Shown: piece after piece, positions 50,958 to 60,516 of the stretch
Layout: each line of letters opens with the position of its first letter
How positions within the stretch are numbered: position 1 is the stretch's first letter
Source of the DNA: Spirochaetia bacterium
GTDB taxonomy: Bacteria > Spirochaetota > Spirochaetia > DSM-16054 > Sediminispirochaetaceae
DNA: 64,000 bases
Direction of reading: 5' to 3'
NCBI GenBank assembly: GCA_034520965.1
Contig: JAXHMY010000001.1
Coordinates: forward strand, 800,001-864,000
Translations under genes and position numbers: made by a program
The notes under the pieces: generated by a model
Database searches by the model: none
The model's input: only the letters and a program-made list of their open reading frames with translations
Told to the model about the DNA's origin: nothing

Positions 50958-51404
50958 CTAGACATGTTTTGCTACCTCGTTTTCTACATAGTGCTTAAAT
51001 TCTTTGTTCATATTCTGATATCCAACTGCAGTTTTTGTTATCATTTTTTGCATTAAAAGAATGATAGGGCCTTTAAATTTCTCTATCTGCCGAAATCTTG
51101 TAACCTTATCATCAATATATTCTAGTAAAAACTCATGCATTCCGTTATAGACGAATACCAAGAAGCTACCTCCCCATGATATTCTTTTATTTTGCTCTAT
51201 CTCGTAAATTTTAGGTTTAAAAAACATTTCCTTCATGCCGGGAGACACAACTTTTATAATCATTTTATTTCCAACTTTAAATTCACCTTGAACCATTGGT
51301 ATAAATGAATTCCAGTTCTCCCATGATTTAAAATCGATAAGCATATCCCACACTTCTGATATGGAGGCATTAATATTTATCCAAGAATTTAATTCCCTAT
51401 ACAA
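50958..51404 (-). CDS. SRPBCC (polyketide cyclase-like) protein cassette
   Basis: ININASISEVWDML.DF..W..WN.FI, HEF.LE...TRF.Q.E.F.G. Confidence 0.8.
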   Translation of the reverse strand: MYRELNSWININASISEVWDMLIDFKSWENWNSFIPMVQGEFKVGNKMIIKVVSPGMKEMFFKPKIYEIEQNKRISWGGSFLVFVYNGMHEFLLEYIDDKVTRFRQIEKFKGPIILLMQKMITKTAVGYQNMNKEFKHYVENEVAKHV

Positions 51405-51539
51405 TTTGTCTTTCTTTAATAAAACCTTGCCTTCTCTATCTACACTTAAATCTATTGTATTAATTATTGGTCATCCCCTTTATCTTTCCTCGTCGAACCA
51501 TGGAGGGTTCAACACTGCAATTCCGTCTAGCATTACATT

Positions 51540-51626
51540 TAACGTCTCGCGAGTACGGAAGTTGGCGACCAACGGGAGCCAATTTAGGCGAAGGCGCTTG
51601 TCGCCGGAGCCGGGTACTCGCTGTTA
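51540..51626 (-). repeat. attC-like site 11
   Basis: TAAC...GTTA main subtype. Confidence 0.88.
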
Positions 51627-51654
51627 TCGGAAGGTTTTGGTGGTTCATTTCAAC

Positions 51655-51927
51655 TTACATAAGCGCTATCTTAATCTTCTTTCCCAAAGCCTTTGCTACT
51701 TTTTCTATTGTTGATAGTTTGATATCCTCCGAATGATTTTCCATCCTCGATATGACACTTTTTGTTGTATTAATCCTATTTGCTAACTCTTCTTGTGTTA
51801 ACCCGTTTCTTTCTCTTGCTTCTTTTAAGAAAATCCCGATTTTATAATCCTCATAACCTTCCCAAAACTCTTCACCGGATATTCCTTCATTTTTTATTCT
51901 TTTATCTACGTAATCATTGAGGTTCAT
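51655..51927 (-). CDS. XRE-family HTH antitoxin
   Basis: LKEARERNGLTQEELA.RI.TTKS.ISRMEN. Confidence 0.88.
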   Translation of the reverse strand: MNLNDYVDKRIKNEGISGEEFWEGYEDYKIGIFLKEARERNGLTQEELANRINTTKSVISRMENHSEDIKLSTIEKVAKALGKKIKIALM

Positions 51928-52276
51928 GTTTTTTCCTCCTAAAATAGTCTGTCTTATAAGTTTCAGCTTTCTTAATTTCATTTCGAGATGTCTTTTGTGT
52001 TTTCTTAATAATTCCATGTGTTATTACAATCAGATTATTCTTATCCCAAAAACTGAATAACCTGTAAATGTTTGTTCCAACCTTTATTCTTACTTCCCAA
52101 ATTCCATTAGTTGATGCCAACTTCTTGAAATAAGTTTTTGGTACAAAATCCATTTCTTCTATTATCTTTAATGTCCATGCAATCTTCTTCACTACACCCA
52201 TCTCGAGGCTATCAAGAAATTCCTCAACAGGACATTTTCCTTTATCAGTTGTATAGAAGATCACTTCTCTATGCAT
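51914..52276 (-). CDS. Gp49/DUF891 RelE-like toxin
   Basis: G.CPVEEFL, GIWEVR, THGIIKKTQKT...I..A. Confidence 0.88.
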   Translation of the reverse strand: MHREVIFYTTDKGKCPVEEFLDSLEMGVVKKIAWTLKIIEEMDFVPKTYFKKLASTNGIWEVRIKVGTNIYRLFSFWDKNNLIVITHGIIKKTQKTSRNEIKKAETYKTDYFRRKKHEPQ

Positions 52277-52349
52277 AAGAGCATGTTAGCATGCGTGCTA
52301 ACAATATTCAAGACATTATTTTAAGCTATTTCCTACCAAAACTTTCAGA

Positions 52350-52479
52350 TAACGTCCCGCAAGTACCCGAAGTTGTCCGACCACTTGCTCCGCAAGTGGC
52401 TTGCCATAAAATCTGAGATTTTATGGTCGGGCAATTTGGGCGGAGGCGCTTGTCGCCGGAGCCGGGGTACTCGCTGTTA
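52350..52479 (-). repeat. attC-like site 12, long branched variant, near-identical to site 18
   Basis: Extra hairpins CCACTTGC-TCC-GCAAGTGG and CCATAAAATC-TGA-GATTTTATGG. Confidence 0.88.
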
Positions 52480-52731
52480 TGCGATGAATTGTGAAGCGTC
52501 AACAGAACTTTCTTTATAAAGAATTTCGGGATCTAAATCTGCTCCATTTGGCCATTCAATTGTATCGAATTTTACTGATACTGCATTAAATATTGAAACA
52601 TCCCGTAATTCCGAAAAGATCCCGAAATCAAGATAGGGGGAAACATCAAAATACCGTTTCTCATCATTCTCAAAGATAAGTAACAATTTGTAATCTGAAA
52701 GAGTTTTTACATCTTTAACACCCAAATACAT
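52477..52731 (-). CDS. DUF2442 protein, orphan copy of 60643-60897
   Basis: Near-identical sequence; DUF4160 partner absent. Confidence 0.85.
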   Translation of the reverse strand: MYLGVKDVKTLSDYKLLLIFENDEKRYFDVSPYLDFGIFSELRDVSIFNAVSVKFDTIEWPNGADLDPEILYKESSVDASQFIA

Positions 52732-52771
52732 AAAATCCTCCTTCTTTATTTTTTCTACCTTCACCTGACAA

Positions 52772-53587
52772 TTATTGTTTATTTAGGGTTTTCATGTTTT
52801 TCAACAAGAGTATACTGGAAATTAAACAGCCTGCAGCAATCGGAACCCATAGTGTTAATTCTATGATACTTTCTGACGCACCGGTTTTAAAACCCCAAAA
52901 AGTGGTAGCAGATAATGCAGACAAATAAACAAAACTCTTAACATTCCATATCACAGCCACCACATAACCCCATTGCTGGCGTTTCCAAAGCCAGAAAGCT
53001 CCCAAAAGACCAAGTGAAACAGTTAAAGATAAATCCAATGCTGATATTATGTTGGTACTCTTATCCAGGAGAATGAGAAATTCTGGAATTTGCCCGGTAA
53101 AAACATATTTTAGTGATAAAGATACATGAAAAGCACCTAACAAAACGGATACAATTATCATGTATCCGCTTATTATTTTCGTAGGGGTTTTGGAGCTAAA
53201 CTGATCTGTAACAACTTTTAAATTAAGCGAGGATACTCCAAAAATAAGAGTGTAAATTGAAAGAGTGAATAGTGCAACATAAATCAAAAACAGGCTGTTA
53301 AACGCTGCACCAAACAGATAAAAAGCATAGTTATAGAGAGTGTAAAAGAACATACCTAACAAGACCAACTGCGCTCGTTGTGACCCCCTTTTTGAAAGCA
53401 TCAATGATATGGCTAACATAGGTACAGCTAAAAAAAGCGTTACAAAATCATTCCCATACCATCCGGAAGTAACTAAAAAGTTGTCTTGGTAAAGGTCTTT
53501 GATAAAAATACCTCCCATAGATGCTATGGTTGAGAGAATAATGATTATTACAGACAGTCTAATTGATGTTTTTCGAGTTTTAGTCAT
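52772..53587 (-). CDS. Multi-pass membrane hypothetical protein
   Basis: About 8 hydrophobic segments. Confidence 0.7.
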   Translation of the reverse strand: MTKTRKTSIRLSVIIIILSTIASMGGIFIKDLYQDNFLVTSGWYGNDFVTLFLAVPMLAISLMLSKRGSQRAQLVLLGMFFYTLYNYAFYLFGAAFNSLFLIYVALFTLSIYTLIFGVSSLNLKVVTDQFSSKTPTKIISGYMIIVSVLLGAFHVSLSLKYVFTGQIPEFLILLDKSTNIISALDLSLTVSLGLLGAFWLWKRQQWGYVVAVIWNVKSFVYLSALSATTFWGFKTGASESIIELTLWVPIAAGCLISSILLLKNMKTLNKQ

Positions 53588-53597
53588 AAAGATCCTC

Positions 53598-54365
53598 CTA
53601 TGTATTTAGATGAATAATATATACAGAAAATAGACCAAAAATATTTACTATTGAGTGTATAATCATTGGATAATATATACTTTTCGTTTTCTGAAATACT
53701 ATTGCATAAATTAATCCGAAGCCAAGAGTTGTAACTAATAGCAAGAAATCAATATTTGTTATTGCTATTGTTGGGTAGATGGTATAGTGGATGTGAGCCA
53801 ACGAAAATATTATTGCCGCAATTATACCTGCTTTTGTTATTTCAAATCCAAAAATGTCAGTTTTTTGGCTAAATCCTGCAATAAGTAGTAATTTAATCGG
53901 GAATGCTCTAAATAATAATTCTTCTGAAGGACCAGAAAATAGTCTAAATATAAATTCACCAAATAAGTTTCTATTATTTGTCACATCATAGTACACTTGA
54001 GAAATCATTCCCTTGAAAATACCTAAGTATATTATAAGTATATTGATTAAAAGCCAACCAACTGAAATCCACAAAACACTTTTTATACCTTTCTTTTTAT
54101 TGCCTATCTGAAACCCCCAATCTCTCAGAGGAATCTTTTTGCACAAAACTAAAATAATTACAAGTGGAATCAGAGCTTGCACTAAATGATGTATCATTGG
54201 ATAAACAAAAATTCTGTCTGATTCAATAACTGAAAAAAAAGAAGCAAAATTGTTGGCAACAATTTTCCCTAATTGTGGAGAAAGAATCAAAACAATGATA
54301 ACAAATACTAATAGAGACGCTTTTTTTAACGAGTTTATTTCTTTAACAATATTTTTTCCCTGCAT
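53598..54365 (-). CDS. CPBP/CAAX (Abi-family) intramembrane metalloprotease
   Basis: SEELLFR, FSLAH, IIHSIVN. Confidence 0.85.
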   Translation of the reverse strand: MQGKNIVKEINSLKKASLLVFVIIVLILSPQLGKIVANNFASFFSVIESDRIFVYPMIHHLVQALIPLVIILVLCKKIPLRDWGFQIGNKKKGIKSVLWISVGWLLINILIIYLGIFKGMISQVYYDVTNNRNLFGEFIFRLFSGPSEELLFRAFPIKLLLIAGFSQKTDIFGFEITKAGIIAAIIFSLAHIHYTIYPTIAITNIDFLLLVTTLGFGLIYAIVFQKTKSIYYPMIIHSIVNIFGLFSVYIIHLNT

Positions 54366-54402
54366 TTTTTCTTCCCATATATTTCTTGGTCTTTATTTCG
54401 CC

Positions 54403-54490
54403 TAACGTCCCGCAAGTACTCGAAGTTGGCGACCAGCGGAAGCCAATTTGGGCGGAGGCGCTTGTCGCCGCAGCCGGGTACTCGTTGTTA
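54403..54490 (-). repeat. attC-like site 13
   Basis: TAAC...GTTA main subtype. Confidence 0.88.
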
Positions 54491-54506
54491 TACGACGTTA
54501 ATTCTG

Positions 54507-55313
54507 TTATTGGTCGTCTATTTCATAAGATTCCTCCAAGAAATTAAGTACTAATTCATTAAATCTTACTGGATTAACCAGATTTGAAGGATCCATTGAA
54601 TCCTCAATCACAAGTAACTCTATTTTTAATGCATCAGAAATCTTCCTATTAATATCTATAAAGGACTTTCCAAATTGATTTCCAACCATCACCAAACTTG
54701 GTTTATCTATTTCTTTCAATAGAATTAGTAAATCGACCTTATTAATTGCTTTTCTCGCTATTATCATTTGGTCTAAATCCACAGTCAAACTTATTTCTTG
54801 AAAATAGGATTTTGCTTCTTGTGCATAATCTGCTTTATACGTTGAAGCCATACCTTTAGCTAACATCTTTTTTCCTAAGACTTTGAATATTCTAAATCCT
54901 AAAATTTGTGAGTATCCCAACATTCTTTCTTTAAATGATTTTAGTTCACCAAAACTATCTGATATTACCAAATTTGCCAGTTTGTTAGGATAGGTAATAG
55001 CAAAATGTTGTGCAATTACACCACCCATACTCACACCAATCAATGTAGCCTTTTCTATAGATAAATACTCCATTAATTCGGTAATCTGATTTGACCAATC
55101 GTATAAGGATAAATCCTTCATCTTGGATGATTTTCCATGTGTTAGTAAATCCAAAGCAATAACATGATATCCGTTTTCACTAAATATCTTTCTCTGATGT
55201 TTCCACATATTAGTATCTGCACCAATACCATGCAATAGAACCAATGTTGAATTTTGAGGATTACCATATGTTTCATAATAGGTTACCAAATTATTCTTAT
55301 GTCTAAATTCCAT
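54507..55313 (-). CDS. Alpha/beta hydrolase cassette
   Basis: LLHGIG, DLLTHGKS, GVSMGG nucleophile elbow. Confidence 0.88.
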   Translation of the reverse strand: MEFRHKNNLVTYYETYGNPQNSTLVLLHGIGADTNMWKHQRKIFSENGYHVIALDLLTHGKSSKMKDLSLYDWSNQITELMEYLSIEKATLIGVSMGGVIAQHFAITYPNKLANLVISDSFGELKSFKERMLGYSQILGFRIFKVLGKKMLAKGMASTYKADYAQEAKSYFQEISLTVDLDQMIIARKAINKVDLLILLKEIDKPSLVMVGNQFGKSFIDINRKISDALKIELLVIEDSMDPSNLVNPVRFNELVLNFLEESYEIDDQ

Positions 55314-55356
55314 AGTACACCTTCTTTTATAAATCTATAACAGAATAAATATCGTA

Positions 55357-55444
55357 TAACGTTCCGCGAGTACCCGAAGTTGGCGACCAAGGGGAGTCAA
55401 TTTGGGCGGAGGCGCTTGTCGCTGTAGCCGGGTACTCGCTGTTA
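55357..55444 (-). repeat. attC-like site 14
   Basis: TAAC...GTTA main subtype. Confidence 0.9.
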
Positions 55445-55460
55445 TGGGAAGTTTCTGCTT

Positions 55461-55883
55461 TCACCGGAATGAGTGCTTTGATATGTATTCTAATGCTGCA
55501 TGTGTCAAGAATCCTGATCTGGTTTCTCCTTCTAAGTTTGCAAAATTGTCTATCTTTGAAAGTAGTTTCTCTGTAATTGTGATATTGATACGCTTTACAT
55601 TCTCAGAAAGTTTATTCATATCAATTTCGCAGAGCATCCATATATAATTCGGATTATTAAAGGTCGTTTTCAATTCTTCTACACGGGAAGGTGGTGGTAC
55701 AATTTCCTCATCCATCAGTAATCCTTCAATATGTGTAAGTATTGCCTCTTCTGCATTTAAAATTGCTTCATCAACTGTTGCACCTGCGGAAAAACAACCC
55801 TGGAGATCTGGGACAGTGACACCATAGTCTGAAGTTTGCTCTTTTTCTATAAAAATTGGGTATCTCATATGTACTCCCTCCAA
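55461..55883 (-). CDS. hicB: HicB antitoxin (RHH C-terminus); probable start MRYP
   Basis: YGVTVPDLQGCFSAG.TVDEA, RINITI, TRSGFL. Confidence 0.9.
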   Translation of the reverse strand: MEGVHMRYPIFIEKEQTSDYGVTVPDLQGCFSAGATVDEAILNAEEAILTHIEGLLMDEEIVPPPSRVEELKTTFNNPNYIWMLCEIDMNKLSENVKRINITITEKLLSKIDNFANLEGETRSGFLTHAALEYISKHSFR

Positions 55884-56062
55884 TCAATACCAGCTTGTCT
55901 AAAAATACTCTTTGTAGTACCAATTGGTAGGTCTGATTTTGGATGCGGAACAGTAACTTTTCCGGTTTTGGTATTGTGCTTAAACTGATAATGAGAACCA
56001 CGAATATTATGTACAAACCATCCATCCTTCTTTAGGATTTTGATTATTTCTGAGCTTCTCAT
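55865..56062 (-). CDS. hicA: HicA toxin
   Basis: LKKDGW....RGSH.QFKH....VTVPHPK.DLP.GT..SI..QAG. Confidence 0.92.
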   Translation of the reverse strand: MRSSEIIKILKKDGWFVHNIRGSHYQFKHNTKTGKVTVPHPKSDLPIGTTKSIFRQAGIDWREYI

Positions 56063-56107
56063 GTCTAATAATACACACGATGTGTATAAATGTCAATTGA
56101 TTTAGCA

Positions 56108-57804
56108 AAGCAATTCGAAATGTGAGAAAGCATCGAGAGGGAAGTAACTCTAATATCTCTAACTAGACATTTTATCCTTACTATAGTATAGTGTCCGTAT
56201 GGGAGGGGCCGGATACAGCTTTGCTGTACTGTTACAATTTTTAGAGGACTCAATTACGACATTCCCGGATGTACGCAAAGGGAAGAACACCGTATATGAA
56301 GTACGCGATGCGGTACTATCGGCCTTTTCGATGTTCTTCATGCAATGCCCCTCCTTCCTTGCTCATCAGAGAGCGATGGGCATGAGGAAAGGGAAGAACA
56401 ATGCCGAAAGCATATTCGGTGTTCACAAGATTCCAACTGACACCCATATTCGAAATCTGCTCGATCCAATACCGCCGGAGCTACTATTCCCGGTCTTTGA
56501 CAAGGTCTATGAGTTTCTCCTCACTGAAGGGGTTATCAAGGAGATGATTACCCACGATAATTTACTGTTGATTGCCCTTGATGGGACCTGGTTTTTTTCC
56601 TCCGAGCAGCTCTTCTGTCCCTCCTGCCAAACCAAAACACATAAAAGTGGAAGCGTAACCCATTACCACAGTGCCATTACCCCGGTCATTGTCAGACCAG
56701 GGGTAAACTATGTGGTCGGTCTTCCCTCGGAATATATTACCGTCAATGATGGTGCTACGAAACAGGACTGTGAAAACAAGGCGGTGAAACGGTGGATAGA
56801 GACAATTGGGAGAAAGTACCTGTCGGAACAGCACACTGTTGTACTGTTAGGCGATGATCTGTACAGCAGGCAGCCGGTATGTGAGCACACCATGGCCTCC
56901 GGCTGCAGCTTTATCTATGTATGTAAAACAGCATCACACAAGTATTTATACGAGTGGATCGATGAGTTCACCGCCGAGGATCTGCACGAAAGTTACAAAC
57001 GCATATGGGATGGCAAGAGGCGGCTGACCTATCGCTACCGGTACCGCAACGATGTCCCTCTCAAAGACGGTGATGAGTCGCTGAAGGTAAACTGGATGGA
57101 ACTAACCATCCTGAGCGAAGAGGGGCAGCTGATTAAGCACTTCTCCTTTGTTACCGACATTCCCGTAACTGATACAAATATCGAGGATATGATCTCTTAC
57201 GGTTGAAGCCGGTGGAAGATAGAAAACGGAAACAACAACATTCTCAAGACAAAGGGCTACCATCTGGAACATAACTTTGGCCATGGGGATAAGCATTTAT
57301 CGAACTTCCTGATGACCTTGAACCTTCTTTCCTTCCTCTTTCATACCACTGCCGGGTTGTTCGACAGACGATATATACTACTTCGCAAAACCCTGCCGAG
57401 CCGTCAGACATTCTTTCATGATGCTCAGGCGTTAACCAAATATTTCTTCTATGAAAGTTGGGAGCATCTTCTCAAAACGATGATCATTGGCCTGGAACTC
57501 GAAGACCCGGGCGGATGACCGGTCAACCAAATCCACGCTCTTTTTTGATGTAGAAAGCTCTCCTCACCATCATTCACTCTCAATCTCTCCTCTTTCTACC
57601 TAAAGCTGAGCTCACTGAATTATTTCCCTGAATATGAACTGAACAGAGTTTTAAAGATGATGGAATGTGAGCTTTTCACCATTCACACACTGTGTGAGCT
57701 CTTCAATTTTGGTGCAGGGATTAGCCTCTCCCAACCGCTGTAAAGAAATAAGCCTAGCTGTATCACAGCCTTTACCCGAAATTATGTCACTTTTCGCATT
57801 GCTG
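56108..57804 (+). mobile_element. Insertion sequence (ISNCY-like DDE) with 9-bp target duplication
   Basis: GATTTAGCA at 56099-56107 and 57805-57813; imperfect IRs AAGCAATTCGAAATGTGAGA / revcomp CAGCAATGCGAAAAGTGACA. Confidence 0.85.
56199..57518 (+). pseudogene. ISNCY-like transposase with in-frame TGA at 57204-57206
   Basis: IALDGT, LGDDLYS; frame continues SRWKIENG...GYHLEHNFGHG after the stop. Confidence 0.85.
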
Positions 57805-57824
57805 GATTTAGCAGAAATTTCCGA

Positions 57825-57912
57825 TAACGTCCCGCGAGTACCCGAAGTTGGCGACAGACGGGAGCCAATTTGGGCGAAGGCGCTTGTCGCCGCAGCCGGG
57901 TACTTGCTGTTA
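57825..57912 (-). repeat. attC-like site 15
   Basis: TAAC...GTTA main subtype. Confidence 0.9.
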
Positions 57913-57935
57913 TGTGAAGAAGCCTTTTCCTCTAA

Positions 57936-58349
57936 TCATTTTAGAACTATTTCTAATTCTTTATTGAATATTTTGGCTATTTTCTCCAGAGTTTTAACAG
58001 TAGGATTGCATCTTCTTGGATTTTCCAGTCTTTGATATGATTGATAAGAGATACCAAGTTCTTTAGCTAATTCTATTTGACTTTTTTTATCTCTTATTTT
58101 TCTTAGTCGAAGTGCTACTTCAATATGTGGTTTGATATAGATCCGGTGATAGTTTTTGCCTTTATATTCTTGTGGATCCTTTATTTCAAAACCTCTTTCA
58201 AAATCAGATTCGATGCTTCCATTCAATGCTTCTTCAGCATTTTTAATTGCTTCTTCCACGGTTCTTCCATAAGTGTTTATATGTTGAAACTGTGGAAAAG
58301 AAACAATAAAATCATCGTCTTCTTTATCAATCAATGCATAGTAATACAT
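57936..58349 (-). CDS. hicB: HicB antitoxin with XRE-HTH
   Basis: FIVSFP....NTYG.TVEEA..NAEEAL; SQIELAKELG.SYQ.YQRLE. Confidence 0.88.
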   Translation of the reverse strand: MYYYALIDKEDDDFIVSFPQFQHINTYGRTVEEAIKNAEEALNGSIESDFERGFEIKDPQEYKGKNYHRIYIKPHIEVALRLRKIRDKKSQIELAKELGISYQSYQRLENPRRCNPTVKTLEKIAKIFNKELEIVLK

Positions 58350-58406
58350 ATTAGCTCCTATAAAAAGTCAATCACAAGCTTTCCAGAAAGCTCATAATTT
58401 AGCCGG

Positions 58407-59524
58407 CTATCCGGCCTTTGCGGCATCACATGCTGCCGCCTGCATTTTCAAATACTTTTGAGAGTGCTCCATCCTTAGTGGATCGAAGGACTCTCTGTTT
58501 TTTAGCATCATGTAGATAACCGGTACTCAATTTCCGTGCTGTAGCTATTATGCTCTTCCCGCTACCTTTGTGTTTCTTCATATACTCATAGCGGGTCATA
58601 ACTCTGTACCCGCCGGTTTGTTCTTTTATTTCTGACCATTCCCAATACGCATTGCACCATTGCCGTTCTTATTTCCCTTCGGTCCCCGTTTGGTTATATG
58701 CCCGTGATGGGATCATCTCGTTCTGAGTTCTGTACCCACGGTGCCAGGCCCATATGAGCAGCGAACTTCTTCGGGCTCTCATAACGGTCAATATCATCAA
58801 TAAAAGCCCTCAGTGTAGCAGCAGTTATCAACCCAACTCCGGGAATCGTCTGCAACAACTCTACATCTTTGTCCTCAGCAACCATGCTCTCAAGCACCTT
58901 CTCCAGCTTCTTGACCTGTGCACTAAACTGGTCTAAAGTATCGAAGAGCGGCTTGACCGCTTCGGCAGCGCTTCCGTAAACCTTATGGTCCACGAGACCG
59001 GAAAGGATGCGCTGCCTCTCTTTTTTACTCTGCAGCTGTCCTCTCTTCGTCTCGATCCCATAGCCGAGCAGCATACCGTGAATCTGGTTCTTTATTCCAA
59101 CCAACGCTTTCACCGCTATCGACCTCGTTTTCAATACTCTTCGGATATCCTCACTCGTTTGACTGCACAGCCTCGATTCAGGAAGCATATCCTTCTCCAA
59201 AAACTCCGCAAGTGTTCGTGCATCGTGCTTGTCCGTCTTCTTGACCGACTCGTTGACCACCTTGAACTTCAAGGTGTTTACCACCGTCACTTCAATTCCG
59301 GCACTCAGCAGCCGGTTGCGGAAATAACGGGCGTTACCGGTTGACTCAACCGCCGCATGCACCTCATACCCTGCCTCTACGTACTCGCTACATTTACTGA
59401 GGAACTCTTCATATCCGATTTCTTTTGTCGGATAGATTCCCGTTTCCACTGCTTTCCGGTTTTCCGCCAGAAAACAGACAGTGAATTGGCTCTTGTGCAG
59501 ATCCACTCCAATACTCATCTTCAT
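58407..59524 (-). CDS. IS110 DEDD recombinase with several C-terminal frameshifts
   Basis: IGVDLHK, VESTG, KTDKHDA, TIPGVG, GLAPWVQNS; later frames give GHITKRGP...IIATARKL. Confidence 0.9.
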
Positions 59525-59559
59525 CGCTTCTCTCCTGTTCTGTTCAAAACAGCTCCGGT

Positions 59560-59700
59560 TTGGTGAATTGATTCCATTCTCCTATTCGGTCTCGTAGACC
59601 ATTGAATGCTTCGGTTACGGCTCTTCATTCTCCTCTGACGGTTGTAGACCAATAAAAATGCCGAACAGTAACCTGCTGTCTCAAACTAAGTTTGCGACAG
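59560..59700 (-). ncRNA. Candidate IS110 bridge RNA
   Basis: 5' hairpin (59676-59700) plus two related stem/internal-loop units holding target-like CTCCTCT and donor-like CTCCTAT; boundaries approximate. Confidence 0.6.
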
Positions 59701-59704
59701 TATA

Positions 59705-59926
59705 TCAATCCACAAAGCTTATGAAGACCTTTTTATCATTCCTCCTCTCTATTCCGGCTTGTTTGAGAATTCTCTTTGCTAATCCGATTGGAATCTCTTT
59801 CTTCCCGTGAACTGGTATAGGTATAGATCTTCTCCCTTCCTTGATCATTATATGATGGCTACCAGATATTCTATCTAATACCCAGCCATGGTCTTTTAAT
59901 AATTTTATTAAATCTTTTCCTGTCAT
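59705..59926 (-). CDS. hicA: HicA toxin with C-terminus altered by the IS110 insertion
   Basis: LKDHGW...RISGSHH......IPIPVHG.KEIP.GL...ILKQAG. Confidence 0.9.
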   Translation of the reverse strand: MTGKDLIKLLKDHGWVLDRISGSHHIMIKEGRRSIPIPVHGKKEIPIGLAKRILKQAGIERRNDKKVFISFVD

Positions 59927-60047
59927 TTTAGATAATTATACAACCTTTATGTTGTATAGTCAATTTTATTAATTTTCTTTTCGAAGGTTTTTTGCGGTAG
60001 TAACCAATTTCCTAATCAAAACTCATATTCTTTAAGGCTTTTTCACA

Positions 60048-60123
60048 TAACGGGGCGGCGGGTATCCGCAGTGGCCAGGTAAAGCCGGAGGCTTGTACGG
60101 GCCATTGAGGATACCCGCCAGTT
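60048..60123 (-). repeat. attC-like site 16, distinct GC-rich subtype
   Basis: TAAC-ggggc-GGCGGGTATCC...GGATACCCGCC-a-GTT. Confidence 0.8.
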
Positions 60124-60204
60124 GTCTGAAGTTGCGGAGCAACGGAAGACAGCTGGCGGGCTTGCCCGCCGCTCCGTTCTACAAAAGTGCGAAGCAATTT
60201 TGGA

Positions 60205-60286
60205 CAACGTTCCGCGAATAGACGAAGTTGGCGACCAACGGGAGCCAATTTGGGCAGAGCGAAGCGTAGCCGGGTACTCGCTGTTA
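60205..60286 (-). repeat. attC-like site 17
   Basis: CAAC...GTTA with main-subtype interior. Confidence 0.8.
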
Positions 60287-60362
60287 TATGACGTTTCGGG
60301 GGCGTTCTTAGACATACTATTTTACTTTGTCTCTGGGAAAAATTGATTTTTATTTCCACAGT

Positions 60363-60479
60363 TTAGACATACCCCCCTATGAACACATAACAGATTACCA
60401 CACCACCTGGATCAATTAGCATCTTTTTATTCTTAGATTTAATTAAAAATGTATTGTATCCAAAAAATGTTATTTCCAT
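60363..60479 (-). pseudogene. 38-aa N-terminal remnant of an MBL-fold hydrolase
   Basis: MEITFFGYNTFLIKSKNKKMLIDPG resembles the MBL-fold start. Confidence 0.5.
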
Positions 60480-60516
60480 TCTTCACTCTTGCCATATATT
60501 TGGGGGCAATTGCACA

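Larger units (their letters stand above)
58360..59746 (-). mobile_element. IS110-family element inserted between hicA and hicB
   Basis: CTCCT at both junctions (58355-58359, 59742-59746); removing it restores hicA...GIERS*-T-ATG(hicB); imperfect subterminal IRs. Confidence 0.85.

Noticed and set aside
2217..59524. Many split genes as programmed frameshifting or mass pseudogenisation
   Set aside because: Single-base indels, several in homopolymers, hit unrelated genes (kinase, permease, hsdS, EamA, IS110); sequencing or assembly error is more parsimonious, though not provable without reads.
49069..60359. Short ORFs spanning att sites (49069-49275, 51460-51648, 57667-58035, 60012-60359)
   Set aside because: Shared peptides such as 'KLAPVGRQL' are translations of the repeat itself.
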